Source: an uncultured Bacillales bacterium
GTDB lineage: Bacteria; Bacillota_I; Bacilli_A; RFN20; CAG-288
Reading direction: 5' to 3'
NCBI GenBank assembly: GCA_949287425.1
Contig: CASEGJ010000003.1
Coordinates: 8,993-72,992, forward strand
Length of the DNA stretch: 64,000 nt
Numbering within the stretch: the first letter of the stretch is position 1; every line of letters starts with the position of its first letter. A program made the translations under genes and the position numbers. This document shows positions 51,748-61,885 of the stretch, in pieces. The notes under the pieces are model-generated. The model saw nothing but the letters and a program-made list of their open reading frames with translations. It searched no databases and was not told the DNA's origin.

Positions 51748-52416
51748 ATGAAAGAATACGAAGGTAAAAATCTCGATGAAGTATTAGCTAAAGCGAGTGA
51801 AGAGTTAAATCTTCCTATAGAAAAGTTAAATTATAAAGTTTTATCCGAAGTCAAAACTCTATTCAAGAAATATTGCAAGATTTCTGTATTAACTATAGAT
51901 GATGCTCCTGATTATGCATGTCAATATCTTGAAAATATTCTTAGCGCTTTAGAGTTAAATGCTGAAGTTTCTTCAATAGTTAAAGAAGGTATTATTCATG
52001 TAAATATGATTTCTGAAAATGATGCTTCTAAAATTATCGGTCGTGGTGGAGAAACTTTACAAGCTTTAAATGAATTAGTAAGAACAGCTGTTTATAATAA
52101 ATTTGATCAACATATTTCACTGATTGTTAATATCAATAATTACAAAGATCAAAAATATGATAAATTGACTAAACTTGCTAAAAGATTAGCTTATTCAGTT
52201 AAAAAAACTAAAATGACTATTGAATTAGATCCCATGCCATCTGATGAAAGAAGAATAATTCACAATGCTTTAGCTAATGATGAACGCATTCAAACAATAT
52301 CAGTTGGAGCCGGTAAATCTAGACATATTACAATTCAATATGTAAATATTCAATCTAAAGAAGATAAACCAAAGACTGAAGAAGGTAAAACTGATACTAA
52401 TCAAGATAAAGAATAA
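51748..52416 (+). CDS. khpB: Jag/KhpB (KH plus R3H RNA-binding protein)
   Basis: 222 aa; KH (IIGRGGETLQALN) and R3H (ERRIIHNAL) motifs. Confidence 0.8.
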   Translation: MKEYEGKNLDEVLAKASEELNLPIEKLNYKVLSEVKTLFKKYCKISVLTIDDAPDYACQYLENILSALELNAEVSSIVKEGIIHVNMISENDASKIIGRGGETLQALNELVRTAVYNKFDQHISLIVNINNYKDQKYDKLTKLAKRLAYSVKKTKMTIELDPMPSDERRIIHNALANDERIQTISVGAGKSRHITIQYVNIQSKEDKPKTEEGKTDTNQDKE

Positions 52417-52426
52417 AACCATAAAA

Positions 52427-52468
52427 GGCATTGAACACTTAATATTAAGAAAATCAATGTCTTTTTTA
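52427..52468 (+). terminator. intrinsic terminator after jag
   Basis: GGCATTGA...TCAATGTC 8-bp stem plus T6. Confidence 0.5.
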
Positions 52469-52522
52469 TTTATGTCAAAATAATAAGTATTAATTATAGT
52501 GACAAAAATTGTATAATAAATA

Positions 52523-52723
52523 TTGGAAGGTAATAAATATAATTTAAAACATAAGTTTAACGTTGCTGAAATGTCAAAGAACAAAGATGTTTTAGATTAT
52601 TATAGCTTCGATTTTGATAAGGAGACTTACGGAATTAGAATTACAGTTACAACAAACCAGGTTAATTATGAAAAGAATAAAGGTAGAGTTGTTTTATCTG
52701 ATTTTGTAATTAGACATTCATGA
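52523..52723 (+). CDS. small hypothetical protein (possibly starts at ATG 52571)
   Basis: ORF with TTG start in track; 4-nt overlap (ATGA) with next ORF suggests coupling. Confidence 0.3.
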   Translation: MEGNKYNLKHKFNVAEMSKNKDVLDYYSFDFDKETYGIRITVTTNQVNYEKNKGRVVLSDFVIRHS

Positions 52724-53199
52724 ATAAAAAAGAATTTAAGAAAACTATAGAATATATAGTAAGACTTAAAAAAGTAAAACCATATATATATATAATTATT
52801 GCTGCAAATCTTTTTTGGAATACTATTGGAATAACGTTATGTTTAATTAATTATAAAATAGATTCAACAAGATCAATAGCACTATTAATTAGCTTATTTA
52901 TAGTTGGTATATTTGTCTCGATTTTACCTTTAAAGCATCTTATATATTATTATCGACAAATAAGTCATTTATATAGTTATTTATCAAATGTGTATATTTT
53001 TGATTATAAGTTAAATCAACCGATAGAGACTACATATTTTACTTCTAGATATCTAATTTCTTTTGAATATGATGGTAAAAAATATGAGTTGTTAACTAGT
53101 CTTATAAACGATACATTTGATTTAGATAACAAAAAAGTAAAAGTTGGATTTATAAAAGAAACTAAAGAAGTTTTGATTTTAAGTAAAATTGATAATTAA
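52720..53199 (+). CDS. hypothetical membrane protein (2 TM plus cytoplasmic domain)
   Basis: ORF and hydropathy only. Confidence 0.45.
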   Translation: MNKKEFKKTIEYIVRLKKVKPYIYIIIAANLFWNTIGITLCLINYKIDSTRSIALLISLFIVGIFVSILPLKHLIYYYRQISHLYSYLSNVYIFDYKLNQPIETTYFTSRYLISFEYDGKKYELLTSLINDTFDLDNKKVKVGFIKETKEVLILSKIDN

Positions 53200-53409
53200 A
53201 AAAGATAGAAAGTAATTATATAACAGAATGCTATAATTTTTTTGTGGATAAATTGTTAAAATTAATTTAAATAACCTCATCTAAAAAGGTTTTTGATTGC
53301 TTTTAACTTTATTACAATGCAGTAATTTTTTTGATGTTTTAATCTTTTAATTCGTGTTTAGTCAAATTTTCAAGATAATTATATATTATAATATGACTTA
53401 GAAAATAAT

Positions 53410-53967
53410 ATGTTTAATTTATTAAATGAGACATCTATAAAAAGGTTAGTAAGTCCTAATAAGAGAATTAGAATGAGTTTAAGTTTAATCGTTATTATTT
53501 CGATTAATCTATTGATCGATATTTTTATTATGCTAGGGATTATATCTCATTATTTTTTCTTGTTAGCTGCGATATTGTTTTTCTGTATAAATGTTGTTCT
53601 AACAATTAGATTTTGTTATATCAATTATTTTTTTAACATTTTTAAAAAGAACGTTTATCAGTTACTTGTAATTCTAGCTCATATATTATTTATAGGTTTA
53701 GATATTCTTATTGTGTTTTTTAATTTCAAAATGAAAATTATTGATGGTGCTAAATATTTTAATTTTAATTTTGGAAATTATTTCTATCAATTATTTTTAC
53801 TATTTATTTTATATTATCTAATTCAATATTTTTTATATTTAAAACCAATGTATAAATTTATATATGTAAAATATAAATTAGAGGATTTTTGGTATTTAAA
53901 TCACTATGAAAAGTCTAATCTTACTAATAATGATATTGAGGATTTGATTGATAATTTAAAAATATAG
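53410..53967 (+). CDS. hypothetical polytopic membrane protein
   Basis: ORF and hydropathy only; extremely AT-rich. Confidence 0.45.
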   Translation: MFNLLNETSIKRLVSPNKRIRMSLSLIVIISINLLIDIFIMLGIISHYFFLLAAILFFCINVVLTIRFCYINYFFNIFKKNVYQLLVILAHILFIGLDILIVFFNFKMKIIDGAKYFNFNFGNYFYQLFLLFILYYLIQYFLYLKPMYKFIYVKYKLEDFWYLNHYEKSNLTNNDIEDLIDNLKI

Positions 53968-54335
53968 ATTAAATTTATATTGGTAGGTAATAATTTACAT
54001 GTAAAAAAACGTGCATATAACTATAATAAAATGTCTAGTTATTTCATTTTTAAATGTATAATTAATTTGTAAATAAAGATGTAAGTGTATGCAAAAGGTA
54101 TAGTAAATACTAAAATGCTATGTTTAATGATCGGATTTATTGGAATTATTTCTATGTTTGTTCTTTTTTGATATGGAATTATCTATATTGATGTATATAA
54201 TTTAGAATTTGAAAGAGTAACTGGATATTATTTAGATGGATATAATATGATTTTTTAGATAATAGCGTTAGTTATTATACTCCGGGAGCTTTAGTTTGTT
54301 TTATCTTTTTAATAATTGCTAGTTTTTTATACCTT

Positions 54336-55034
54336 GTGTTTTTTATTTCTTATATATTTAAAAAAGAGGGTGGATTTACTACTTTTTTATCGGTATTAGG
54401 AATTATTACAAGTATAATTTCTATTATTGCATTTTTAATTAACACAAATGATTTAAGTAAAAATTTCTTAACTTATGCTGAAGAAAATGGACTTAATTTT
54501 AAAGTACATAGTAATTTTGTCGCTGAATTATTTGCTGTTTTTGAATATATAGGAATTATTTATGGATTTATTATCGCTATATATGCGACTAAATTCAAAA
54601 ATGCTGATTTAAGTGAATATATATCGATAACTAGATCTCGACAAATGAGTTGTAAAAAACTTTTTTCTAGATTAACTTGGATAGGATTATTTATTTATGC
54701 TGGTCCAATTTTAATTATTTTATTAATTATTGCTATAGCAATGTTATTTACAAGTCCGTCAATTGCTACATCCAATAATAATTCTAATAAAAAGCAAGAA
54801 AAAAATAGATATGAAACAATCAATGGTAAAAGATATTATATTAGCGGTGAAAAAATTTTCACTGAAGATGGGTTTTATCAAGTGGGTCGGGTTATGTCTG
54901 ATGGACAATATATTATATCTGATGATGAGATAGAATATCATAATGAAGAAAAAGATAAAGATGTGTTAAAAGATAAAATTGAAGATAAAAGTAAAGAAAC
55001 ACCAAAATCTAACAAGCATATAATAGGTGATTAA
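54336..55034 (+). CDS. hypothetical membrane protein (4 TM, charged C-terminal tail; GTG start)
   Basis: ORF and hydropathy only. Confidence 0.45.
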   Translation: MFFISYIFKKEGGFTTFLSVLGIITSIISIIAFLINTNDLSKNFLTYAEENGLNFKVHSNFVAELFAVFEYIGIIYGFIIAIYATKFKNADLSEYISITRSRQMSCKKLFSRLTWIGLFIYAGPILIILLIIAIAMLFTSPSIATSNNNSNKKQEKNRYETINGKRYYISGEKIFTEDGFYQVGRVMSDGQYIISDDEIEYHNEEKDKDVLKDKIEDKSKETPKSNKHIIGD

Positions 55035-55117
55035 TTTATAAAATCAGTTATTAGTTAGCTAAATAAACATAATGTGTAAATAAAAGTAAAATAACATATA
55101 ATATTTACGGTGATTAT

Positions 55118-56461
55118 ATGATTTTATTGGATACTATTGTTAGTGAAGCTACCCCACCTTTAAAAGGGGCTATATCGATAATTAGAATGTCAGGAAAACT
55201 ATCTTTTGATATTCTTTCAAAGATGGTAGATAAAGATATAAATTCTTTAAAACCAAGATATATGTACTATGCTTCTATCTATCAAGATAAGGATGATAAA
55301 TCTAGTTTGATAGATAAATCTATGTTTGTAATTTTTAAAGGTAAAAATTCTTATACTGGTGAAGATAGTGTTGAGTTTTATGTTCATGGTTCAAGAATAA
55401 TTGTTTCTCAAATTGTTCAAGCTTGCTGTAAATATGGAGCTAGACAAGCTCTAGGAGGAGAATTTACTCAGAAAGCTTTTTATAATGGAAAGATGGATTT
55501 AGCTGAAGCGGAAGCAGTTAATCAATTAATTAACGCTCAAACTCTTAGAAGTAAGAATTTCGCTTTAAAGACATTAGAAGGAACGTCATCAAAATACATT
55601 CAGAAAATGAAAGAAAAAATCAATATGATTGAAGCTGAAATTGAAGTGAATATCGATTATCCTGAATATGATGATGAAGACGAATTGATTGAAAAGGTAA
55701 GTAAACTAGTTCCTGAATTAATTAATCAAGCTAAGAAGTTAGTAAAAGATTCTAAACAGACAATCTATCTTTTTAACGGAGTTAATATCGCTATTATTGG
55801 AGAACCAAATGTCGGTAAATCTACTTTATTAAATAAAATATTAGGAAAAGATAAAGCTATTGTTACTAACATTCCAGGAACTACTAGAGATGTCGTTGAA
55901 GGCGAAAAAGAAGTTGAGGGTATCTTATATCATTTTTATGATACAGCTGGAATTAGATCTGCAGATGATCAAATTGAACAAATTGGAATTGAAAAGTCAT
56001 ATGAGATAGCAAAGCAAGCTGATATTATTTTGGTTTTATCTGATAAAAAAGATTTCCAAAATGAAATCAAAACTTTAGGAATTTCTGAAATTATTAAAGA
56101 TAAACCATCGCTTTTTATTTCAACTAAAAAAGATCTTTTTGGTGAAGATAAGCAAGCTGATATATCGATTTCTAAAGATGATGAAAATTTAGTCGATTTA
56201 TTTAACTTAATTAATAAAAAACTCGATATCACTTCTAAAGAAGATGAGGGTTTTTCTTCTCAAAGAGAGATAGATATCTTGAACAAGTTTGTTGAAGAAC
56301 TAGAATCTATTTTAATTGATATAAAATTAGGAATGAAAATTGATATTGTTGAAATCAAATTAGTAGAAGCTTCTAGTTTATTAGATTCGCTTCTTAGTGT
56401 AGAATCAACAATGGAAGATATCTATCAAACGATATTTAAACATTTTTGTGTAGGGAAATAA
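55118..56461 (+). CDS. mnmE: tRNA modification GTPase MnmE
   Basis: 447 aa; G-domain [13 protein letters not shown]; C-terminal C-x-x-K-like (FCVGK). Confidence 0.9.
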   Translation: MILLDTIVSEATPPLKGAISIIRMSGKLSFDILSKMVDKDINSLKPRYMYYASIYQDKDDKSSLIDKSMFVIFKGKNSYTGEDSVEFYVHGSRIIVSQIVQACCKYGARQALGGEFTQKAFYNGKMDLAEAEAVNQLINAQTLRSKNFALKTLEGTSSKYIQKMKEKINMIEAEIEVNIDYPEYDDEDELIEKVSKLVPELINQAKKLVKDSKQTIYLFNGVNIAIIGEPNVGKSTLLNKILGKDKAIVTNIPGTTRDVVEGEKEVEGILYHFYDTAGIRSADDQIEQIGIEKSYEIAKQADIILVLSDKKDFQNEIKTLGISEIIKDKPSLFISTKKDLFGEDKQADISISKDDENLVDLFNLINKKLDITSKEDEGFSSQREIDILNKFVEELESILIDIKLGMKIDIVEIKLVEASSLLDSLLSVESTMEDIYQTIFKHFCVGK

Positions 56462-56465
56462 TAAA

Positions 56466-57254
56466 ATGAAATTAATTGATACTCATACTCATTTAAATGC
56501 TTCTCAGCTTTTTGAAAATAGAAAAGAGTTGATTTTAAATGCTAAAAAAGCAGGAGTCTGTAAAATAATTAATAACGGGGATACCTTTGAATCTTTTAAA
56601 AACATAAATATTCTTTCTAATGAATATCCTGATTTTTGTTATTCCGCTTTAGGTATTTTTCCAAATGAAGATTACTCTGATTTAGATGAAATTATTTCTC
56701 GATTGGAAAAAGAAATTAAAGCTAGTAAAAACGTCATCGCTATTGGTGAGATTGGTCTAGATTATCATTATTCAAATTCTTTAGAAACTAAAACAAAACA
56801 AAAGGCTTTGTTTTTAGCTCAAATCAAATTAGCAGAAAAATTAAATTTACCAATTATTGTTCATTCTCGCGATGCGGAAGCTGATACTTTTAATACTCTT
56901 ATTGACTCTAAATTTAAAGGCAATATTACATTGCATTGTTATTCAGCTTCTTTTCAAATGGCGTTAAGATATTTAAGACATCATAAAAACACGTATTTTG
57001 GAATTGGAGGTGTTTTAACATTTAAAAACGCTAGAAAATTAGTAGAAGTGGTTGAAAGAGTTCCTTATGATCATTTTTTGTTAGAAACTGATGCTCCATA
57101 TTTAGCTCCAACTCCATATAGAGGGAAGTTAAATCAGCCGGCATATTTAATTAAAACTTTAGAAAAGATGGCTGAATTATTAAAAATGGATATCGATCAA
57201 TTAGCTGAACAAATATATAAAAAATCGTGTGAGGTGTATGATTTACCATGTTAA
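56466..57254 (+). CDS. tatD: TatD-family metal-dependent DNase
   Basis: IDTHTHL start, conserved His/Glu/Asp ligands. Confidence 0.85.
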   Translation: MKLIDTHTHLNASQLFENRKELILNAKKAGVCKIINNGDTFESFKNINILSNEYPDFCYSALGIFPNEDYSDLDEIISRLEKEIKASKNVIAIGEIGLDYHYSNSLETKTKQKALFLAQIKLAEKLNLPIIVHSRDAEADTFNTLIDSKFKGNITLHCYSASFQMALRYLRHHKNTYFGIGGVLTFKNARKLVEVVERVPYDHFLLETDAPYLAPTPYRGKLNQPAYLIKTLEKMAELLKMDIDQLAEQIYKKSCEVYDLPC

Positions 57255-57778
57255 ATTTATATGTTGTTGAAGGGCAATACGATTTAGATAAATTGAAATC
57301 TTTAGGGTGTAAATATATTTATAAAATAAATGGTTTAAATAGAATTAACCAAATAAAGATAGAATTTTTAAAACAAGTAGAAAAAGTTAGAAAGATCGTT
57401 TTAGTTTTAGATCCAGATACTCCGGGTAAATATCTTTTACAAATATTAAAAAAAGCATTAAATAAACCTTATGTAGTTGTTCTCAATCAAAAATATTCTA
57501 AAAAACACGGTAAAATAGGAGTAGCAGAAACTAAGGTAGATTATTTAAAAAGCAAGTTAGAAGCATATATAAATTACGACAAAAAGGATTTAGAACAAGA
57601 AAGCATTTCTAAACAAGAACTTGTGGATTTAAATTTAAATGAAGAGCAAAAAAGTTATCTTCATCAAAAATATCACATTAACACATTAAATTTTAATGAA
57701 TTTTATTATAGTTTGTTGTTTTTAAATTTAAATAAAGAACAAATAAAAGGAGAATTAGATAATGAATTTAATAGATAG
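57248..57778 (+). CDS. rnmV: ribonuclease M5 (Toprim, 5S rRNA maturase)
   Basis: VVEGQYD...DPDTPG Toprim motif; conserved position before ksgA. Confidence 0.65.
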   Translation: MLNLYVVEGQYDLDKLKSLGCKYIYKINGLNRINQIKIEFLKQVEKVRKIVLVLDPDTPGKYLLQILKKALNKPYVVVLNQKYSKKHGKIGVAETKVDYLKSKLEAYINYDKKDLEQESISKQELVDLNLNEEQKSYLHQKYHINTLNFNEFYYSLLFLNLNKEQIKGELDNEFNR

Positions 57779-58562
57779 AACTATATCTTTTATGAATAAA
57801 TATGGAGTTGCAGCTCAAAAGAGATTTTCCCAGAATTTTTTAGTTGATGAAAAAGCGTTGAAAACTATTATAAACACTATAGATTTTAATAATATTGATC
57901 AAGTTGTCGAGATAGGATCAGGTTTAGGTTCATTGACTTTTGAATTAGTTAAAAAAGCTAAAAAATTAACATCTATTGAATTTGATAACGATATGATTAA
58001 AGTTTTATCTAACGAATTAAAACAAGATAATTTCACTTTAATTCAAAATGATTTTTTAAAGGAAGATTTAAGCAAATATCAAGAGGGAAATCTCGCTTAT
58101 ATTGGTAATTTGCCTTATCAGATAACTAGAGATTTAATCAAAAAGATTTGCACTAGTTCTTATTTTTCATATTTTGGGTTTATGGTTCAAAAAGATTTAG
58201 CAGATGAACTTTTTTATAAAGTAAATAAATCTACTAATAACTTATATTCTGCTTTTTTAGCAGTGATTGGAAATTTATATAGAGCATGTGATTTATTACC
58301 CAAATCTTTTTATCCATCTCCAAAAGTCGATTCTACTTTTTTATATTTAATGCCAACAGATTTAAAATATGCTAATTTGAAGACATTTAAAGTGTTAGAT
58401 GCTATGTTTAAAAACTCAAAAAAGACTCTTTTTAACAATTTAAAGCATTCTAATTTAAAAGAGGACGGACATATGTTTGAAACTTTAAATCTTTCTAAAG
58501 AGATTAGAGCACATCAATTAGATGTTAACTTAATAAAAAATATTGTAGATTATTATTTGTAA
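57762..58562 (+). CDS. rsmA: 16S rRNA (adenine1518/1519-N6)-dimethyltransferase
   Basis: QNFL start motif, EIGSGLGSLT SAM motif, NLPY. Confidence 0.9.
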   Translation: MNLIDRTISFMNKYGVAAQKRFSQNFLVDEKALKTIINTIDFNNIDQVVEIGSGLGSLTFELVKKAKKLTSIEFDNDMIKVLSNELKQDNFTLIQNDFLKEDLSKYQEGNLAYIGNLPYQITRDLIKKICTSSYFSYFGFMVQKDLADELFYKVNKSTNNLYSAFLAVIGNLYRACDLLPKSFYPSPKVDSTFLYLMPTDLKYANLKTFKVLDAMFKNSKKTLFNNLKHSNLKEDGHMFETLNLSKEIRAHQLDVNLIKNIVDYYL

Positions 58563-58579
58563 TAGTTAAAGGGGAAAAT

Positions 58580-59449
58580 ATGTATAAAGTAGTTAAAGCA
58601 CACGCTAAAATTAATCTCGCTATTAATGTTTTAGATAAAAGAGATGATGGATATCACAATATAGATCTTGTTTCTTTACCACTAGAACTTCACGATAATA
58701 TTGAATTTGAAGCTTATCCTAAAAAATATGGAACTTATGTTACTTGTGATGATGCTAGTATAATTTGCGATGAGTCTAATTTGGTTTATAAAGCGTATAG
58801 ATTGATGAAACACGAATTTGGATTTGATTCAGGAATGAGAATTAAAATTTATAAAAACATTCCTATTGAAGCAGGTTTAGGTGGTGGTTCAGCTGATGCT
58901 GGAGCTATTATTAATGGAATTTGTAATGAATATAAATTAGATGTTAGCAATCAAAAGAAAATTGATTTAGGTATTCAAATAGGCTCTGATGTTCCATATT
59001 GTATTTTTAATAAGCCTGCTAGAGTCCAATCTAGAGGGGAAAAATTAACATTTATCAACGTTAAAAAGAATTATTACGTTTTGTTAGTTCAACCTAATCA
59101 AGGATTATCGACTAAAGGTGTTTATGAAGTCTCAGATAAATTAGAAAAGAAGTTTTCTAATGTTGACGAATTGGTTAAAGGTCTTGAATTAGGTGATGAT
59201 GCTTTAATTGAAAAAAATATGGTTAATGGTTTACAAAATGCCGCTATATATATCCTACCTGAAATTCAAAATATCATTGATAAATTGCACGCTTTAAACT
59301 TCAAGAAAGTTATGATGTCAGGTTCGGGTTCAAGTGTTTTTGCTTTAAGTGAAGATTTTAATAAGATTAAAAAAGCAGCTAAAGAGTTTGATGAAACTTT
59401 ATTTTCTATCTGGATTACTAAAACTATTTGTCCAATTAACAAAAAATAA
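58580..59449 (+). CDS. ispE: 4-diphosphocytidyl-2-C-methyl-D-erythritol kinase (GHMP kinase)
   Basis: AHAKINL start, PIEAGLGGGSADAGA GHMP motif. Confidence 0.8.
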   Translation: MYKVVKAHAKINLAINVLDKRDDGYHNIDLVSLPLELHDNIEFEAYPKKYGTYVTCDDASIICDESNLVYKAYRLMKHEFGFDSGMRIKIYKNIPIEAGLGGGSADAGAIINGICNEYKLDVSNQKKIDLGIQIGSDVPYCIFNKPARVQSRGEKLTFINVKKNYYVLLVQPNQGLSTKGVYEVSDKLEKKFSNVDELVKGLELGDDALIEKNMVNGLQNAAIYILPEIQNIIDKLHALNFKKVMMSGSGSSVFALSEDFNKIKKAAKEFDETLFSIWITKTICPINKK

Positions 59450-59578
59450 GACATCTATATGTTAGAAAGCGCTTACTTAAACCTAGTTAAACGTATTTTC
59501 TTTATACAAAAAATAAATAATGGTATTATATAAATGAATTTTGATGTTTTTATTTTTAATTAAAAGGAGACAAAAAAC

Positions 59579-60589
59579 ATGTTAGATAATGCCATTCTTT
59601 TTTCGTTAGAAGCTACCCCTGATTTAGCTAAAGCTATCGCTGATAGGCTTCATCTTAGATTAGGGCAACGTTCAATTAGAAGGTTTCCTTCTGGTGAAAT
59701 TATTTGTGAGCCAAGCGAATCAGTAAGAGGAAAGGATGTTTATATCATTCAATCTACTTGCCCGCCAGTTAACGAAAATTTAATGGAATTGTTGATTTTT
59801 GTCGACGCTTGTAAAAGAGCTTCTGCTGAACATATAAACGTTATTATCCCTTATTTTGGTTATGCTAGACAAGATAGAAAAGCTAAACCTAGACAACCAA
59901 TTACAGCAAGTTTAGTCGCTAACTTATTAGATACTGCCGGTGTTAATAGAGTAATGACAGTCAATCTTCACGCCTCTCAAATTCAAGGCTTTTTTAGATG
60001 CTTAGTTGATGATTTAACCGCTGTTAATCTACTTGGTTATTATATAATGTCAACTCAAAAAGATCTTTCTAATATTACTGTTGTTTCTCCTGATCATGGT
60101 GGAGTTGAAAGAGCGAGAAATATCGCTGAATTATTTAATGCTCCTATTGCTATTATCGATAAAAGAAGAAACAACAATCTCGAACCTGAAGTAATGACAA
60201 TTATCGGTGAAGTTAAAGGTAGAGATTGCGTTATGATTGACGATATGATTGATACAGCTAAATCCGCTTGTAATGGAGCTAGAGCATTAAAAGCTGCTGG
60301 TGCTAAATCAGTAAGAATTGCTGCGGTTCACGGTGTATTTTCTGATCCAGCATATGAATTATTATCTCAACATGTTTTTGATGAGATTGTCGTTACTGAT
60401 TCAATTCCTCTTTCTGAAAAGATGGCTAGCGTTGAAGGAATTAAAGTTATTTCTTTAGCTCCTATGATCGCTTCAGTTATTCAAAGAATTACTTCTCATA
60501 TTCCTTTAACAACTGTTTATGATGCCTATGCTAATTCAGAAATTAAAAACGTTGAAATAGTTACTACTTCTCATACTCAAAAGAAATAG
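59579..60589 (+). CDS. prs: ribose-phosphate pyrophosphokinase
   Basis: 336 aa; PRPP-binding DDMIDTAKS motif. Confidence 0.95.
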   Translation: MLDNAILFSLEATPDLAKAIADRLHLRLGQRSIRRFPSGEIICEPSESVRGKDVYIIQSTCPPVNENLMELLIFVDACKRASAEHINVIIPYFGYARQDRKAKPRQPITASLVANLLDTAGVNRVMTVNLHASQIQGFFRCLVDDLTAVNLLGYYIMSTQKDLSNITVVSPDHGGVERARNIAELFNAPIAIIDKRRNNNLEPEVMTIIGEVKGRDCVMIDDMIDTAKSACNGARALKAAGAKSVRIAAVHGVFSDPAYELLSQHVFDEIVVTDSIPLSEKMASVEGIKVISLAPMIASVIQRITSHIPLTTVYDAYANSEIKNVEIVTTSHTQKK

Positions 60590-60599
60590 AAGGTATATT

Positions 60600-61445
60600 A
60601 TGGAAGAAATAAATCATACAATTGAAGGTAAGATTGAATTTCTACATATTCCTAGTGAACATTTTTTGTTAAATAAAAATAGATTAATTAGAGTTTTTAT
60701 TCCAAAAATATATTTTCGTCGTAGTAAAAAACCATATAAGGTAATATATATGTTTGATGGACAAAATCTTTTTGATGAAGCGACAGCTTATTTTCATAAA
60801 GAATGGCAAATAGATGAAACTGTTTCTTATTATGAAGAAATAGGAATTAGACCATGTATAGTTGTTGGAATAGATTATTCTAACGATAGATTAAGTGAGC
60901 TTTTACCTAGATTTTCCAATATAGCGATAGCTGATTTAGCTTATAAAGGGGATAATACATTAAATTATTTAGTAAAAAAGGTAATTCCTGTAATTGAAAA
61001 AAGATATAACGTTTCTAAAAAAAGGGAAGATAGATATCTAATCGGTTCTTCTATGGGTGGATTAATGGCTTTACAAGGTGGAATTTTATATCCGGATGTT
61101 TTTAAAAATATCGGCGCATTTTCTCCAGCCTTTCCTATTTTTAGATATGGTTTATATGAACAACCTCCCGCAAAAGATTGTTTAAATAACGATGATGCTT
61201 TTAAATATGTTCTTGATAAATATACCCAAAAAGATATGATAGATAGATTTAAAATCGCTATGTGTGCTGGTGGAAAAGGCATTGAAAAAAGATATTATCG
61301 CTATGTTAATATCTTTAAAAAAGAGATGTTAAATTTTAAATGGAATCCATCTAATCTTTTTATTCAAGTTAACAAAAAATATTCTCACGATGAATATCAG
61401 TGGGCTGAATTTTTTAAAAAAGCTTATCTTTTCTTTTTAAAATAA
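60600..61445 (+). CDS. alpha/beta-hydrolase 'putative esterase' family protein
   Basis: GSSMGGLMAL nucleophile elbow (GxSxG). Confidence 0.65.
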   Translation: MEEINHTIEGKIEFLHIPSEHFLLNKNRLIRVFIPKIYFRRSKKPYKVIYMFDGQNLFDEATAYFHKEWQIDETVSYYEEIGIRPCIVVGIDYSNDRLSELLPRFSNIAIADLAYKGDNTLNYLVKKVIPVIEKRYNVSKKREDRYLIGSSMGGLMALQGGILYPDVFKNIGAFSPAFPIFRYGLYEQPPAKDCLNNDDAFKYVLDKYTQKDMIDRFKIAMCAGGKGIEKRYYRYVNIFKKEMLNFKWNPSNLFIQVNKKYSHDEYQWAEFFKKAYLFFLK

Positions 61446-61499
61446 AAAAAGCCAGCAATCTTGCTAGCGAATTTATATAAACTAATCTAATCCTCAAAT

Positions 61500-61575
61500 T
61501 GGTGGATTAGACAGGACTCGAACCTGTAACGACCCGCTTATGAGACGGGGACTCTAACCATTGAGCTACTAATCC
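61500..61575 (-). tRNA. tRNA with anticodon CAU (elongator Met or lysidine-modified Ile2); encoded CCA
   Basis: GGATTAG acceptor/CTAATCC, D arm GCTC..GAGT, anticodon loop CUCAUAA, T arm ACAGG-TTCGAGT-CCTGT; G1-C72 so not initiator. Confidence 0.85.
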
Positions 61576-61578
61576 GAA

Positions 61579-61654
61579 TGGTAGCTGCGGGGAGGATCGA
61601 ACTCTCGACATATCGGGTATGAACCGACTGCTCTACCAACTGAGCTACGCAGCC
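61579..61654 (-). tRNA. second tRNA-CAU (Met or Ile2), encoded CCA; A50.C64 mismatch in T stem and G1.U72
   Basis: GGCTGCG acceptor, anticodon stem GTCGG/CCGAT, loop UUCAUAC, T loop TTCGATC. Confidence 0.8.
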
Positions 61655-61702
61655 ATAAATTGTTATATGTATTAAATATCGGATTGCCTTTTAAAAAAAA
61701 GC

Positions 61703-61778
61703 TGGTGGAGCTGACGAGGATCGAACTCGCTACCTCTTCCATGCCATGGAAGCGCTCTCCCAGGTGAGCTACAGCCCC
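61703..61778 (-). tRNA. tRNA-Ala (anticodon GGC), encoded CCA
   Basis: GGGGCTG acceptor with G3.U70 identity pair, anticodon loop AUGGCAU, T arm GCGAG-TTCGATC-CTCGT. Confidence 0.85.
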
Positions 61779-61885
61779 AGCATTAATTAAAATACTAAAA
61801 ATCATTGTAACTGTCAAGGGGTTTTATTTAAAACTGGAAATTAATTGGCAAATAAACAAATAATTATTTAATAGGTATCCTCTAA

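Noticed and set aside
61569-61817. 82-aa minus-strand ORF spanning the tRNA cluster
   Set aside because: Overlaps three well-formed tRNA genes; artefact.
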